A stretch of 64,000 nt of DNA from Octopus sinensis. Taxonomy: Eukaryota. The stretch is taken from NCBI RefSeq assembly GCF_006345805.1, contig NC_043000.1, positions 148,304,001-148,368,000 on the forward strand. Reading direction: 5' to 3'. Positions 25,101-37,933 of this stretch are shown piece after piece (positions within the stretch are counted from its first letter, which is position 1; each line of letters opens with the position of its first letter). Both the position numbers and the translations under genes were made by a program. The notes beneath the pieces are model-generated. The model was not told the origin of the DNA and ran no database searches. It worked only from the letters and a program-made list of their open reading frames with translations.

Positions 25101-25308
25101 TTGTGTGTCTGTGTTTGTCCCCCTAGCATTGCTTGACAACTGATGCTGGTGTGTTTACATCCCCGTCACTTAGCGGTTTGGCAAAAGAGATCGATAGAAT
25201 AAGTACTGGGCTTACAAAGAATAAATCCTGGGGTCGATTTGCTCGACTAAAGGCGGTGCTCCAGTCAAATGATTGAAACAAGTAAAAGAGTAAAAAAGAG
25301 TAAAGAGT
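24910..25308 (+). mobile_element. SINE family A
   Basis: Near full-length match to the family. Confidence 0.9.
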
Positions 25309-25857
25309 ATACATTTATATTTATACATAAACACAGTTACAGAAACAGACATGGGTCAACAATAGCTTGCAGGCACTGCTGAGTGGCGATAGCATTGCTT
25401 TGTAACCATTTGGTTTTGGGCTCTATCCCACTGTATAGCACCTTGGGGGCAGGTGCCTACTACTATAGCCCTGGGCTGACTGATGCTTTGTAAGTGGAAT
25501 TGGTAGGCAAAAACTGTATGGAAGGGGGGGTGAGCATGCATGCGTGTGCATATAAGTATGAATGTTGATATTCCAATGACTGAGCAAAACATTGACGCCA
25601 TATTTATATTGCCTGTAAATTATATATCCTGTAACTGTCCCTTTAAAAGACCTATGGAATTTAAGGACCACCAGCAAGAAGACCATCCAACCACAAAAAT
25701 ACTGCTTCAAATAAGTCTCCAGGACAGCTTGGAAAAAAAATAACAAAAACAATCAAAACAGACAAACATCTTTATCATTTTATATCCTGTGATATTTAAA
25801 AAATTTTTATTTATCTAGTTTCAGCTCACAAGCCGTGGCCATGCTGGGGCACCGCCA

Positions 25858-25961
25858 TTATATAAAGTGTCTTGAGCAAGGTCACAATACGCCGCCAACG
25901 ATCGAACCCACGACCTTGTGATCACGAACCCGAATACCCTGGCAACCTAGCCACGCGCCTT
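25858..25961 (-). mobile_element. Short tRNA-headed SINE fragment
   Basis: Minus strand ggcgcgtggctagg...gggttcgatcg...ccttgctcaagacacttta; flanked by an 8-bp repeat caccgcca (25850-25857, 25962-25969). Confidence 0.7.
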
Positions 25962-26820
25962 CACCGCCACACTGAAGGAGAAAATAAAAGATGGTCTAAG
26001 TTTACCCCTAATAGGTCTGGTTTTATGAAGAGTCGGGGAGGTTTCTACTGAATATATTTTACTTGATTATAATGTACTGATATATAAATACATTAATGGC
26101 TGCAGTATATTTCAATATTCAGAAATGAATTAAATTACATTGAAAGAACAATATTTTCTTTTACACATTGTTAGTATAAGACTGGTATCTCAGGTAGCAA
26201 AGTAACCACTAAAACAAAAATTATGAAAATACAGGAGAAAAGTGGAATATGTAAAATATTTTGGAAGAAAATCTTTATGGGAAGATCATTAAAATATCAA
26301 TTATTGGTATTAAAAAAAAAAAAAAAAAAAAAGAAAAAAGAAAAATATGAATAAAATATTTTAGTTCAATACTTTAAATTCTTTCGGAAACTGTTTTTGA
26401 AAGATATTTAGATTTTTAGCTTTGATTCAAAGACAAACTAGAGAATATTATACTTTATGATTATAACCTTTTTTAATGTTATTTAACTCCCACCATCAAT
26501 CTATCAAATGTTTTGGAACAATATATGCACAACAAACAGATCCAGTACCAATATATTCCAGTTTTATGTAATTGCATTTTCGTTAGAATTTCATCCATTT
26601 GCAATATAAACCAAAACAATTTTTCATTTCTAAAATATGGTGCCAAAGTGAAAATTTATCTGCCACTGAATGTTTATGTTAAAAACAATTGTAGAAAATA
26701 GCATCAGGAAGATTATGAGACCAAATCATAATTCTAAATGCAATATAAACCACAGTGAATAGTAATGCAGACAAACAGGAACTTCTCTCCTAAAACAAGA
26801 CTAAGTCATTCTGAAAAGCA

Positions 26821-26864
26821 TCATATTTCAATATCAGAGCTATTAAGTAAATGTTTTAACTTCG
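26821..26864 (-). CDS. Candidate terminal coding exon of an unidentified gene (..KLKHLLNSSDIEI*)
   Basis: 40-nt pyrimidine tract + TAG acceptor at 26865-26866; in frame with candidate exon 26975-27057 across a 110-nt GTGAGT...TAG intron. Confidence 0.4.
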
Positions 26865-26974
26865 CTACAAGTGGGACAAACAGGAGAGGAAAAGGGAAAG
26901 TAAAACATCAAAAACCAAGAAGTGAAGAAGTAAAACGATTCTATGTCCATTTCTGTCACAGAAACATAACTCAC

Positions 26975-27057
26975 TGAATAACAAATTATCCATAAATTGA
27001 TTCAATTTATTTCCACTTTTTATGTTGCTTTCAGGAAGGAAGTAGTGAGGCGAAAGT
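26975..27057 (-). CDS. Candidate internal coding exon (LSPHYFLPESNIKSGNKLNQFMDNLLF)
   Basis: CTAAC branch-like motifs upstream, ctccag acceptor, GTGAGT donor; only one of three frames is open and it joins the downstream exon in frame. Confidence 0.4.
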
Positions 27058-27425
27058 CTGGAGATATAGACTTCATAGAATTATATATTGGAAGTTAGGA
27101 AGTTAGGTGAAGTTGATTGTTGTTAATTTTGAAATGCCTAGCAAAAACAGAAGCCATGAGTAGGGTTCTAAAAACGTGTTATTTCTATAGAAAGATTTTG
27201 TATATTATTTAGTGGACAATATTAGATAATGGCATATAATAAGGACAATGAGATGGGGAGAATGAATTTTTTTTAAAGTTTGGGTGCAGCTAATACATTC
27301 AGAAAAGAGGGCCATATTAACAATAAAAGGCTAATATTAATAGCAAAAGAAAACTGAACACACATCAAATTAGTACAACAGATGACTGAAAACTGACAAT
27401 GAACAAAGTTTCTAAAATAACTAAT

Positions 27426-27828
27426 AGGCACAGGAGTGGCTGTGTGGTAAGTAGCTTGCTAACCAACCACATGGTTCCGGGTTCAGTCCCATTGCGTGGC
27501 ATCTTGGGCAAGTGTCTTCTGCTATAGCACCGGGCTGACCAATGCCTTGTGAGTGGATTTGGTAGACGGAAACTGAAAGAAGCCTGTCGTATATATGTAT
27601 ATATATATATGCGTGTGTGTATATGTTTGTGTGTCTGTGTTTGTCCCCCTAGCATTGCTTGACAACCGATGCTGGTGTGTTTACGTCCCCGTCACTTAGT
27701 GGTTTGGCAAAAGAGACCGATAGAATAAGTACTGGGCTTACAAAGAACAAGTCCCGGGGTCGATTTGCTCGACTAAAAGCGGCGCTCCAGCATGGCCGCA
27801 GTCAAATGACTGAAACAAGTAAAAGAGT
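27426..27828 (+). mobile_element. SINE family A
   Basis: Full-length match. Confidence 0.92.
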
Positions 27829-29536
27829 AATATTAATATGTAGTTTTATCAAATGTAACAGTGAATGATGGTAACATACTGTTCTGGACTATTTTTGCTC
27901 AAGACTGTTGTGGTTAAGAAGTTCACTTCACAATTATGTAGTTCTGGGTTCAATCCCACTTTGCAGAACCTTGAGTTAAGTGTCTTTCACCATAGCCTAA
28001 ATATTCTTGTGAATGAAATTTGATAACTGGAAATAGCAGGGGAAGCTCATCTGAGGGATTTTGTTCTTGGGTAGTAGACTAAATCTGTCAACCAGTTTAA
28101 CAGCACTACTAGGCCCCTGGGTGACAGTAAAGTTGGCTTGGTTGCAAGCATTCAGACCAGGTCTCACATCATAGAATAACTTCTTTCCTCCCAATCACAG
28201 AAGTCTCAAAAGGGATCATGGGCATGGCTTTTCTGCCATTAATAGAAATAGAAAAAGTGAAGACATGCTTGGGTTCTTAGAAAAATGTTGGCTATCCTGG
28301 TCACGGCAGGCTGCTAAGTTTATCTAAAAAGGCGGTGCTCCAGCATGGCCACAGTCAAATGACTGAAATGAGTAAACGAGTAAACGAGTATCCAGAATGA
28401 ATGGCATAGCTAAAGATAATTACTGGGATAATAACTACAACATCTGCAATGCAAGAGTCTATCACCTGAAGCATGTACTGCAGTCCTTAAATTAATTGTG
28501 TTCAAAGATTCTCAATAGAACAGCTAAGATCTTAATACAGAATGTTACATATAGAGAGTAATTTACTGTCACTTGGTGTTTAAAATCTTTAAAATAGCTA
28601 ATATTAATCCACACCAAAATATTGAAACAAAATCTGTATTTAAATGATTTTAAGCCAACAGTAATTATAGCATTTCAGAGTTGGCAGACTCAATACATTG
28701 GACTAAATTCTTAGTATTTCTTCTGGTTCTTTACAATCTGAGCTCAAATCCTGCTGATGTAAACTCTGCTTTTCGTCTCTTCGGGGTCAATGAAATAAAG
28801 TCATGTACAGTCATGTACTAAAGTTGATGTTATTGACTAACCACATCCCCACAAAATTACCTAGACAGTGCCAAAATTAGAAAAAGAAAATCTTAGTAGA
28901 ACATATTTTCTTGTTATTTAGCCTAACACCAATCCCTTGACTGAGTTGAGTTATCCTGAAAAACATTCCAGTTATGACCAACCTATCTTAAGAGGTATGT
29001 AGAATTAAGTTGATGAGTGTGTCCCATTTTTTAATTTTTTTTTTTTTTTTAAGATTATAAGATTGTAAGCTGTGATGGCAGATTTGACTTCTATTTCTAG
29101 CATATCTGACAAGCAGAGGTTCCTTAAGTAGTCATATTGATATTCAGTTAAAATTAGAAAATCCAATTTGCAGATTTGTAAAAAGCTCACAATATTCTCT
29201 ATTACTATCATGGTGGTTTGAGTTAAAGATAACAGCTGGAATACATTTCCCTGTATTTTGTATCAATTTTATGCTTTTCATGATATAAGTATGATGACCA
29301 AAATATCCTGTTTTAAAAGATTCTTTATCTTCGTTATAGTTCTACATCTTTCATCTTCATCTTCATAAAAAGAAATCCATAGCATAAGTGATGCTGTGGA
29401 TTCAATACTAGCCAATTTGAATTCGTCACTGATTTCTGTCCATGACAAGGTCATTGGATTCACTAATAGTACATCAAGCTAAATCAGTTTCTCAAGATGG
29501 TGGGGGAAAGGGATGCACATTACCACTAGAATCATA

Positions 29537-30463
29537 TACTCTTTTACTTGTTTCAGTCATTTGACTGCGGCCATGCTGGAGCACCGCCTTTAGTCAAGCA
29601 ACTCAACCCCGGGACTTATTCTTTTGTAAGCCCAGTACTTATTCTATCGGTCTCTTTTGCCGAACCGCTAAGTTACAGGGACATAAATACACCAGCATCG
29701 GTTGTCAAGCAATGCTAGGGGGAGAAACACAGACACACAAACACACACACGCATACATCATCATCATCATCATCATCGTTTAGCGTCCGTTTTCCATGCT
29801 AGCATGGGTTGGACGGTTCTACTGGGGTCTGTGAAGCCAGAAGGCTTCATCAGGCCCAGTCAAATCTGGCAGTGTTTCTACGGCTGGATGCCCTTCCTAA
29901 CGCCAACCACTCCGTGAGTGTAGTGGGTGTTTTACGTGCCACCGCACAGGTGCCAGACAGAGCTGGCAAACGGCCACGAACGGATGGTGCTTTTTATGTG
30001 CCACCGGCACGAGGGCCAGGCGAGGCTGGCAACGGACACGAACGGATGGTGCTTTTTACGTGCCATCGGCACGAGGCCAGTCGGGGCAGTGCTGGCAACG
30101 GTCGCGAAACGGAAGGTTCTCTTACATGCCACCGGCACTGGTAACACATCTGCAATTTCCATTGATCGATTTCGATTCTGATCCTCACTTGCCTCAACGG
30201 GTCTTCACAAGTAGAGTTTCGACATGCCACCGGCACTGGTAACACATCTGCAATTTCCATTGATCGATTTCAATTCTGATATATATAAATATATATATAC
30301 GACGGGCTTCTTTCAGTTTCCGTCTACCAAATCCACTCACAAGGCTTTGGTCGGCCCGAGGCTATAGTAGAAGACACTTGCCCAAGGTGCCACGCAGTGG
30401 GACTGAACCCGGAACCATGTGGTTGGTAAACAAGCTACTTACCACACAGCCACTCCTGCGCCT
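29537..30463 (-). mobile_element. SINE family A with a family D SINE (29756-30280) nested in its microsatellite
   Basis: A 3' half at 29537-29755 and 5' half at 30290-30463; D copy with (CAT)n tail and internal ~60-bp repeats lies between. Confidence 0.88.
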
Positions 30464-30947
30464 ATTTATATAATATTTTTTTTCGTAAATTTAATTTTAT
30501 ATTCATAATTTTTTATACCTGCAAAGCATATTCTCTTAGATAGTGAAACGCCCAATATCTGCAGTTAGTAAGAAACCATACAGGAAAAACAACCTATTAA
30601 TAGGGAACTGTAGGTAATTGGTTCTTAAATAAGGTCTTGGTAAAGATGTTTGTCTTTCTGTTTCATAGAGTTGAATTTCATAAAGCAAAGATATATCATT
30701 TTTATGTAGGGTTCCCTAAGAAACAGAATTTATTTCAAATATTTCCTAATAGCAAAAAGTTGAGAAACATTGCATTATATTGATAAACTGTTTTGCATTG
30801 TTTATTTCTTCCACTTTAAGATTACATGTGTTCTATACTTTTTCTTTACTGCTTGCCAATACCGAGTCATACATATTAACATCATAAATAATAAAATATG
30901 AATATTTTTTATAAAAGTTATTCAATGCACTATGTAAAAATATGGAC

Positions 30948-31325
30948 GGTGGCATGTAAAAAGCACCATTCAAGCGTGATCATTATCAGCGTTGCCTTAC
31001 TGGCACTTGTGCTGGTGGCACATGAAAAAGCATTCGAGTGAGGTCGTTGCCAGTGCTGCTGGACTGGCTCCTGTGCAGGTGGCATGTAAAAAACACCATT
31101 TGAGTGGTGGCTGTGGCCAGTACTGCCTGACTGGCCCTCATGCCGGTGGCATGTAAAAGCACCCACCACTCTCGGAGTGGTTGGCATTAGGAAGGGCATC
31201 CAGCTGTAGAAACTTTGCCCGATCAGATTGGAGCCTGGTGCAGCCATCTGGTTTGCCAGTTCTCAGTCAAATTGTCCAACCCATGCTAGCATGGAAAGTG
31301 GACGTTAAACGATGATGATGATGAT
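30948..31325 (+). mobile_element. SINE family D
   Basis: Ends ccatgctagcatggaaagtggacgttaaac(gat)n. Confidence 0.85.
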
Positions 31326-31727
31326 TCTAACAAACTTTGCCTTGATTGAAGCAGTAAATTAAAATGCAATATTTTCCCAAATCCTTTATATATATATATA
31401 TATATATATATGCAGCAAAATCTCCAAACCCTACAATAAGTATTACCCTAGCCATAGATTTCCTGTGAAGGACAACCATGCAATACCAACGTATGTTATA
31501 ATACAAACAACAAAACTGCCATAAACCAAGAAACTATGTTCTGTTCTATACTCACAAACCATGTGCTGTGTAATTATAATTGAATTATTATACCAACAAA
31601 ACCGGAAATAGTCTGCTTTCTATTAGTCAGTAGGAAATAAAGGGAAAATAAAATATAATTAATTATTCTTGTCATCTCTTTGAATATTCCTTTTGATTTC
31701 CTCTGTAACCGAGTGTATGCTATCCCT

Positions 31728-32130
31728 TACTCTTTACTCTTTTACTTGTTTCAGTCATTTGACTGCGGCCATGCTGGAGCACCGCCTTTAGTCGAGCAAA
31801 TCGACCCCGGGACTTATTCTTTGTAAGCCCAGTACTTATTCTATCGGTCTCTTTTGCCGAACCGCTAAGTGACGGGGACGTAAACACACCAGCATCGGTT
31901 GTCAAGCAATGCTAGGGGGACAAACACAGACACACAAACACACACATACATATATATACATATACATATATACGACAGGCTTCTTTCAGTTTCCGTCTAC
32001 CAAATCCACTCACAAGGCATTGGTCGGCCCGGGGCTATAGCAGAAGACACTTGTCCAAGATGCCACACAGTGGGACTGAACCTGGAACCATGTGGTTGGT
32101 TAGCAAGCTACTTACCACACAGCCACTCCT
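31728..32130 (-). mobile_element. SINE family A
   Basis: Full-length match. Confidence 0.92.
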
Positions 32131-33046
32131 ATCTTTTTTTTTTTTTTCGGAGATGGTAGGGTATGACATGAGGGAAATTTGGCTGGTAATTCAAATTATT
32201 TAAGTGACCACATACTTGCTCATTGGCATGTTAATTCAATTGTAGATAATATTGAGGGTCCAAAGCATTTTCATAATTTTGTTAATGTCCATGCTTGTTG
32301 TCAGACTTTTAGCTAGCCTTTGTTTCATTCACTATGAATAATATAAAGCTTTCCTTTCATCAGTCCCATGTTATGCTAATGGTAAAAGAAAAAAAGAAAA
32401 AAAACAGTAATGCGTATCATATATGATGCATGGACATCAGGGAAATATGTCATCTATCACAAGTGATACACAGAACAAGCAAAAGGTTATGTTTCCCTTG
32501 ACATTACATACAGATATGTGGTTTCTGGCTCTATCCTGGTAATATGTCATCTAGTAATTAAAAGGTAAGAAATTTTTCACCTGTGCTTTAAGAAATGTAT
32601 AACCTATGATTTTGAGCATACTTCAAGCCTTGTTTGTAAGTGAATTTGATAGATGGAAACTGAATGAAGCTTATTGTGCATACACACATGTGTAAATGTC
32701 TGTATTTGTCCCCACCACTGCCTGGCAACTGGTGTTGGTTTGTTTACACCCCTGTAACTAGCGTTTAAGCAAAAAGAGACTGATAGAATTTGACTAAGCC
32801 ATTCAGGGCAGTGCCTATCCTAACATAGCCACAGTCTTATGAGTGAAACATATAAACGAATGAAAGAATATCTTTCACTGCTGCTGAAGGATGTAAATGT
32901 CAGGAAAAAAAAAACAAAAGTAAAACAGATACTCTGTCATGTTTATATTCCATCAGAAATCCGAGTTGTATAAACACTCCCTTGTCACTTTCCTCATCGG
33001 AAATACAGTAAACCTGTGATTGGCTCATTGGAAACCTATGACCAAT

Positions 33047-33190
33047 GATTCTATTGCTTATAGAATGCAACATCATCATCATCATCGTTTAACGTCTGTT
33101 CTCCATGCTAGCATGGGTTGGACGGTTCGCATGGAGAACGGACGTTAAACGATGATGATAATGAAGTTGCATTCTATAAGCAATAGAATC
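33047..33190. repeat. 62-bp-arm inverted repeat with a 20-nt loop (SINE D tail plus unique flank)
   Basis: 33047-33108 vs reverse complement of 33129-33190: 59/62 identical. Confidence 0.95.
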
Positions 33191-33802
33191 TATAATAACT
33201 TATTCCTTTCACTTGCAACATACATTATGGAAACAATTACAAAACTGATCTTAATAACTCAATACAACCCAAACTCTAAATGAATAACTATAGAATTTCT
33301 GTTTTCTAGAAATATTCCATCGAGAGACAAATAATATATTTTTTTGCAATATTTTCTTTGATCAATTAATATTACAAAAGCTGTCTTACTATCATAAATT
33401 TTAAATTCATTGTAATTTAGAAAAGCCATTTTGCAACTGCTACTTTTTAACAATAGACAAAAAAAACAAAATCATGAATTTGTAGACAAAATGCAAAGTA
33501 CAAGATACAATATAAATATAAAATAAGGAAAAGTAGAGAAAAATTGGCAAAAACCTGCAAATAAAAGTAGGCTTCTTTCAATTGTTAAAAAGCCAAAGGA
33601 GAGGTAAGTAGGCTCTTTCATATCCAAATTCAAGTGGGAATCTTTCTTTACATTACAAATATCTCTTGCACTTCAGTCGCTTTTTCTATGATGTCAAGCA
33701 TTTTATTTTAACAGGATATAACCTCATATTTACAGAGCACTTGTTTGTCCTTGCTTAAATAAAATAAAACACTAAGATAGGTAGCTCAGTCTGCCTGTCT
33801 CT

Positions 33803-33843
<41 letters not shown>

Positions 33844-34128
33844 ACCATAGTTATAATTAATGAGCAACCACTTCAAATGATTAGTGCTGAGGATAATATC
33901 AGTAAGAATATAAAGATACAGGAAGAGACTTCATTTCAGGAGTGTTGACACATATTTCACTACAGAACAACACTTTGTGAAAGGAGGTTACCAACTTCTG
34001 GTAAAGGAATAACAGGCTACTGCTGTTGCTTAGGTCCCAAGTTAGCCCAGATTAAACAGGTCTGTGATCAAAGGAGTTTCAGCTGTGGTCATCCTGTTTT
34101 CTAATCAGATATAGGGTATCTATCAAAG

Positions 34129-34358
34129 GCAACGAGCTGGCAGAAATGTTAGCATGCCGGACGAAGTGCTTTGCGGTATTTCGTCTGCCATTACGTTCTG
34201 AGTTCAAATTCCGCCAAGGCTGACTTTGCCTTACATTCTTTTAGGGTCGATAAATTAAGTACCAGTTACGCACTGGGGTTGATATAATCGACTTAATCCA
34301 TCTGTCTGTCCTTGTTTGTCTCCTCTGTGTTTAGCCCCTTGTGGGTAGTAAAGAAATA
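34129..34358 (+). mobile_element. SINE family C
   Basis: 14-bp TSD ggtatctatcaaag at 34115-34128 and 34359-34372. Confidence 0.9.
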
Positions 34359-35264
34359 GGTATCTATCAAAGACAGGGGTTCCTAAACTAGGGTAAATTT
34401 ACCCACAGGCATTAAATTTTGTTTACCTAGGGAGTAAATTCACTACTTCTGGATTTGTACATTTTTTTTATTTCAATAATTTTTTTTTAAATCTCAAGTT
34501 GAAAAGACAATTTGAAGGAAGCTTTTTGTGTGTGTATAAGAAATTTTTTCTATCATTTTTTATTTAAATAATCTGTAATGTATATTTCTAAATTAGACTA
34601 CTCCATTAGCCAACATAGCAATTAAAAATACAGTTTAGTAATTGTTAAGTGCTACTATTATTGTTAACTGATCTGAAGACTCAACTCAAATTACTGAACA
34701 AAGAGTGGGAGTAAATTTACTTTCAAAAAGTCATGTAGTTAACAAGCTCATTTTGCAACCAATATGGTTTTGGGTTCAGTCTTACTGCATAGCACCCAGA
34801 TCAAATGTCTTCTGCTATTGCTCAATGTTGATCAATGCATTTGGTATGTGGGTGTTGTATATGTGTGTCTGTTCTCCCCACTGCTTGGCAATTAGTGACA
34901 ATTAGTGTGTGTAGTTAGTACCCATCATTTACTGGTTTGGCAAAAAAAAAAAAAAAAAGGAAATGACCAATGGAATAAGTACCAGGCTTATAATTACTGG
35001 GGTCAATTTGTTCAACTAAACCCTTAAATGTGGTGCCCCAGATAGCTACAGTCCAATAACTGAAACAAGTAAAAGAAAGTAAAAGAGAAAAGGTATATGA
35101 AAGAAAAGCTTTTAGAAACTTGATCTTGACAATTATCAAATGTGACCCTCTTTTTTGTAAGACAGTAGGTTGTGATTTGACAAATTTTGTTGTTACTTCC
35201 AGCAGGCCAAGCAACTACAGAGTAGATCTCTTGTTGGCTCTAATGGGCAACAAATTGTTTTATC

Positions 35265-36385
35265 TTTTACTTGTTTCAGTTATTAGACTGTGGCCATGCT
35301 GGAGCACTGCATTGAAGAATTTATTTTAGTCAAATGAACTGATCACAGTACTTATTTTTAAGCCTGGTACTTATTTTATTGGTCTCTTTTGCCAAACTGC
35401 AAAGTCACAATGATATAAACATACCAAAACCAGCTGTTAAGCGGTGGTGGAGGACAAATACAGACAGAAAAACACACACAACGGGCTTCTTTCAGTTTCC
35501 ATCTACCAAATCCATTCACAAGACTTTGTTCGGCCTGAGGCTATAGTAGAAGACACTTGCCCAAGGTGCCACACAGTGAGACCAAACCCAGAACCTTGTG
35601 TTTGGGAAGCAAGCTTCTTATCACACACCCATGCCTGCAGCTATTCTTTTACTTGTTTCAGTCATTAGACTGTGGCCTTGCTGGAGCACTGCCTTGAAGA
35701 ATTTATTTTAGTCAATGAATTGACCACAGTACTTATTTTTTAAAGCCTGGTACTTATTTTAATGGTCTCTTTTGCCAAACTGCTAAGTCACAATGATGTA
35801 AACATACCAACACCAGTTGTCAAGAGGTGGTGGAGGACTAATACAGACGGAAAAACACACACAACGGGCTTCTTTCAGTTTCCATCTACCAAATCCATTC
35901 ACAAGGCTTTGGTTGGCCTGAGGCTATAGTAGAAGACACTTGCCCAAGGTGCCACACAGTGAGACCAAACCCAGAACCTTGTGTTTGGGAAGCAAGCTTC
36001 TTATCACACACCCATGCCTGCAGCTATTCTTTTACTTGTTTCAGTCATTTGACAGTGGCCATGCTGGAGCACCGCCTTTAAGTCGAGCAAATCAACCCAA
36101 GGAATTACTTTTGCAAGCCTAGTATTATTCTATCGGTCTCTTATACCAAACTGCTAAGTTACGGGGATGTAAACACACCAACATCGGTTGTCAAGCGATG
36201 TTGGGGGGGACAAACACAGACACACACACACATATATATATATACACCAAATCCACTCACATGGCTTTGGTCGGCCCGAGGCTATAGTAGAAGACACTTG
36301 CCCAAGGTGCCACACAGTGGGTCTGTATCTGGAACGATGTGGTTGGTAAGCAAGCTACTTACCACACAGCCACTCCTGCACCTAA
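35265..36385 (-). repeat. Tandem array of three family-A-like SINEs (~382-bp period; first two are a recent duplication)
   Basis: ttttacttgtttcag at 35265, 35647, 36030; units 1 and 2 share private variants such as gagaccaaacccagaaccttgtgtttggg. Confidence 0.88.
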
Positions 36386-36726
36386 AGTTTTTTTTTTCTA
36401 TAGTGGTTCTGCTGGTTTCAGCCATGAAATATATCATTTTGGTTTAGTCAAGAAGAATGGGCAGTATCAATGACCTTTGCAGACCTTTCAAAACTTGTGA
36501 AATTGATGCAGTTGATATTTAAGTGGATGTCTTGAGGAAAATTGGAAGAAAAAGAATTCCAGAGGGTTCACATTCTTTCGAGAAACGATTTAGGACAAGT
36601 GGTTGGCACAGAGCCTGAAGAGTGAAATACAGCATGACTGATGAGAAGAAGAACCATAGAAAATAAGTAAAATATGGAAACAATTGGACTAAATCATTAA
36701 GTGCTATGCATTTTGGCTATTAGTAA

Positions 36727-36960
36727 CATCATCATCATCATCATCATCGTTTAATGTCCGTTCTCCATGCTAGCATGGGTTGGACGGTTCGACCGGGGAT
36801 CTGGGAAGCCAGAAAGCTGCACCAGGCTCCAGTCTTATCTGGCAATGTTTCTACAGCTGGATGCCCTTCCTAATGCCAACCACTCCGTGAGTGTAGTGGG
36901 TGCTTTTTACGTGCCACCGGCACGGAAGCCAGTCGAGGTGGCGCTGGCATCGGCCACCTT
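36727..36960 (-). mobile_element. SINE family D
   Basis: (CAT)n tail and ccatgctagcatgg palindrome. Confidence 0.88.
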
Positions 36961-37551
36961 GATAACAATTTAAGTCTCAAATTTAGTCCTTGCCCTCAAT
37001 AGGCTGTCCTGCAGAAACTTCTTGTCCTCCTCTAAATTATACGTCTTTACCTTCTTGTTGTCACTAAAAGCTTCAATGGGTACTTTTCTAAATTTCCGAC
37101 TGTTCAGTGAAAGACCATTAAATTCCTGAGCAGAGATGCTTGGATTTCTTCAACATCCAACATCTTCAGTAACAACAGTGCTTTTTAATGGTTTATTCAA
37201 GAAGAAAAGGCTGTACCCATTTATTTCACTGGTTCAGGTAATCCTGTTAAGCTAATGTAGTTGTTCTTGGATAGCTGTAAGCTGACAGCTGTTGGAAAAA
37301 CATGAACGGAGATGGAATTTCAGCAGGATTAGAGTTTTGGGAAAGAAAAGGAAACACTGAAGTTGATGTTGGTGATAGTGTTGCTGACAGAGCTATTTAT
37401 TATCAGTGCATTCACAAAAATAGCTAAAAATATTTAGCTTCATCTTTGTTCTAAATTAAAACTTCTAAGCTAACTTTGCCTTACATCCAAGGGCTGATGA
37501 AATAAATATTAGGTCTGAAGTAGGATCAAATCAACTGACTACTCACAATCT

Positions 37552-37933
37552 GTGTTTTCTGCTATAGCCCCGGGCCGACCAATGCCTTGTGAGTGGATTT
37601 GGTAGATGGAAACTGAAAGAAGCCTGTCGTATATATGTATATATATATATCATCATCATCATCATCATCGTTTAGCGTCCGTTTTCCATGCTAGCATATA
37701 TATATATAAGTGTGTGCGTATGTGTTTGTGTGTCTGTGTTTGTCCCCCTAGCACTGCTTGACAACTGATGCTGGTGTGTTTACGTCCCCGTCACTTAGCG
37801 GTTCGGCAAAAGAGACCGATAGAATAAGTACTGGGCTTACAAAGAATAAGTCCCAGGGTCGAGTTGCTCGACTAAAGGCGGTGCTCCAGCATGGCCGCAG
37901 TCAAATGACTGAAACAAGTAAAAGAGTAAAAGA
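37552..37933 (+). mobile_element. 5'-truncated SINE family A containing a 46-bp family D tail in its (TA)n tract
   Basis: Insert catcat...gtttagcgtccgttttccatgctagca at 37651-37696. Confidence 0.85.

Noticed and set aside
29191-29463. Overlapping 50-61 codon open frames ending at a GTGAGC donor
   Set aside because: The acceptors are purine-rich or weak, the phase is incompatible with the 27-kb candidate exon, and there is no recognisable homology.
31556-31619. 64-nt exon-like segment (KADYFRFCWYNNSIIITQHMV)
   Set aside because: Splicing it to the 30519-30558 candidate gives an in-frame stop, and the sequence is AT-rich with no protein resemblance.
31720-32159. Recurring short ORFs (MTTDAGV..., MSSNARG..., MLGGQTQ..., MLARRAK..., MVVIPAV...)
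   Set aside because: They recur because they lie in SINE families A, C and E; there is no evidence they are genes.
36970-37200. 56-codon minus-strand open frame (FSDNKKVKTYNLEEDKKFLQDSL)
   Set aside because: Frameshifted upstream; more likely a decayed CR1-type RT (FADD...LQxDL region) than a host exon.
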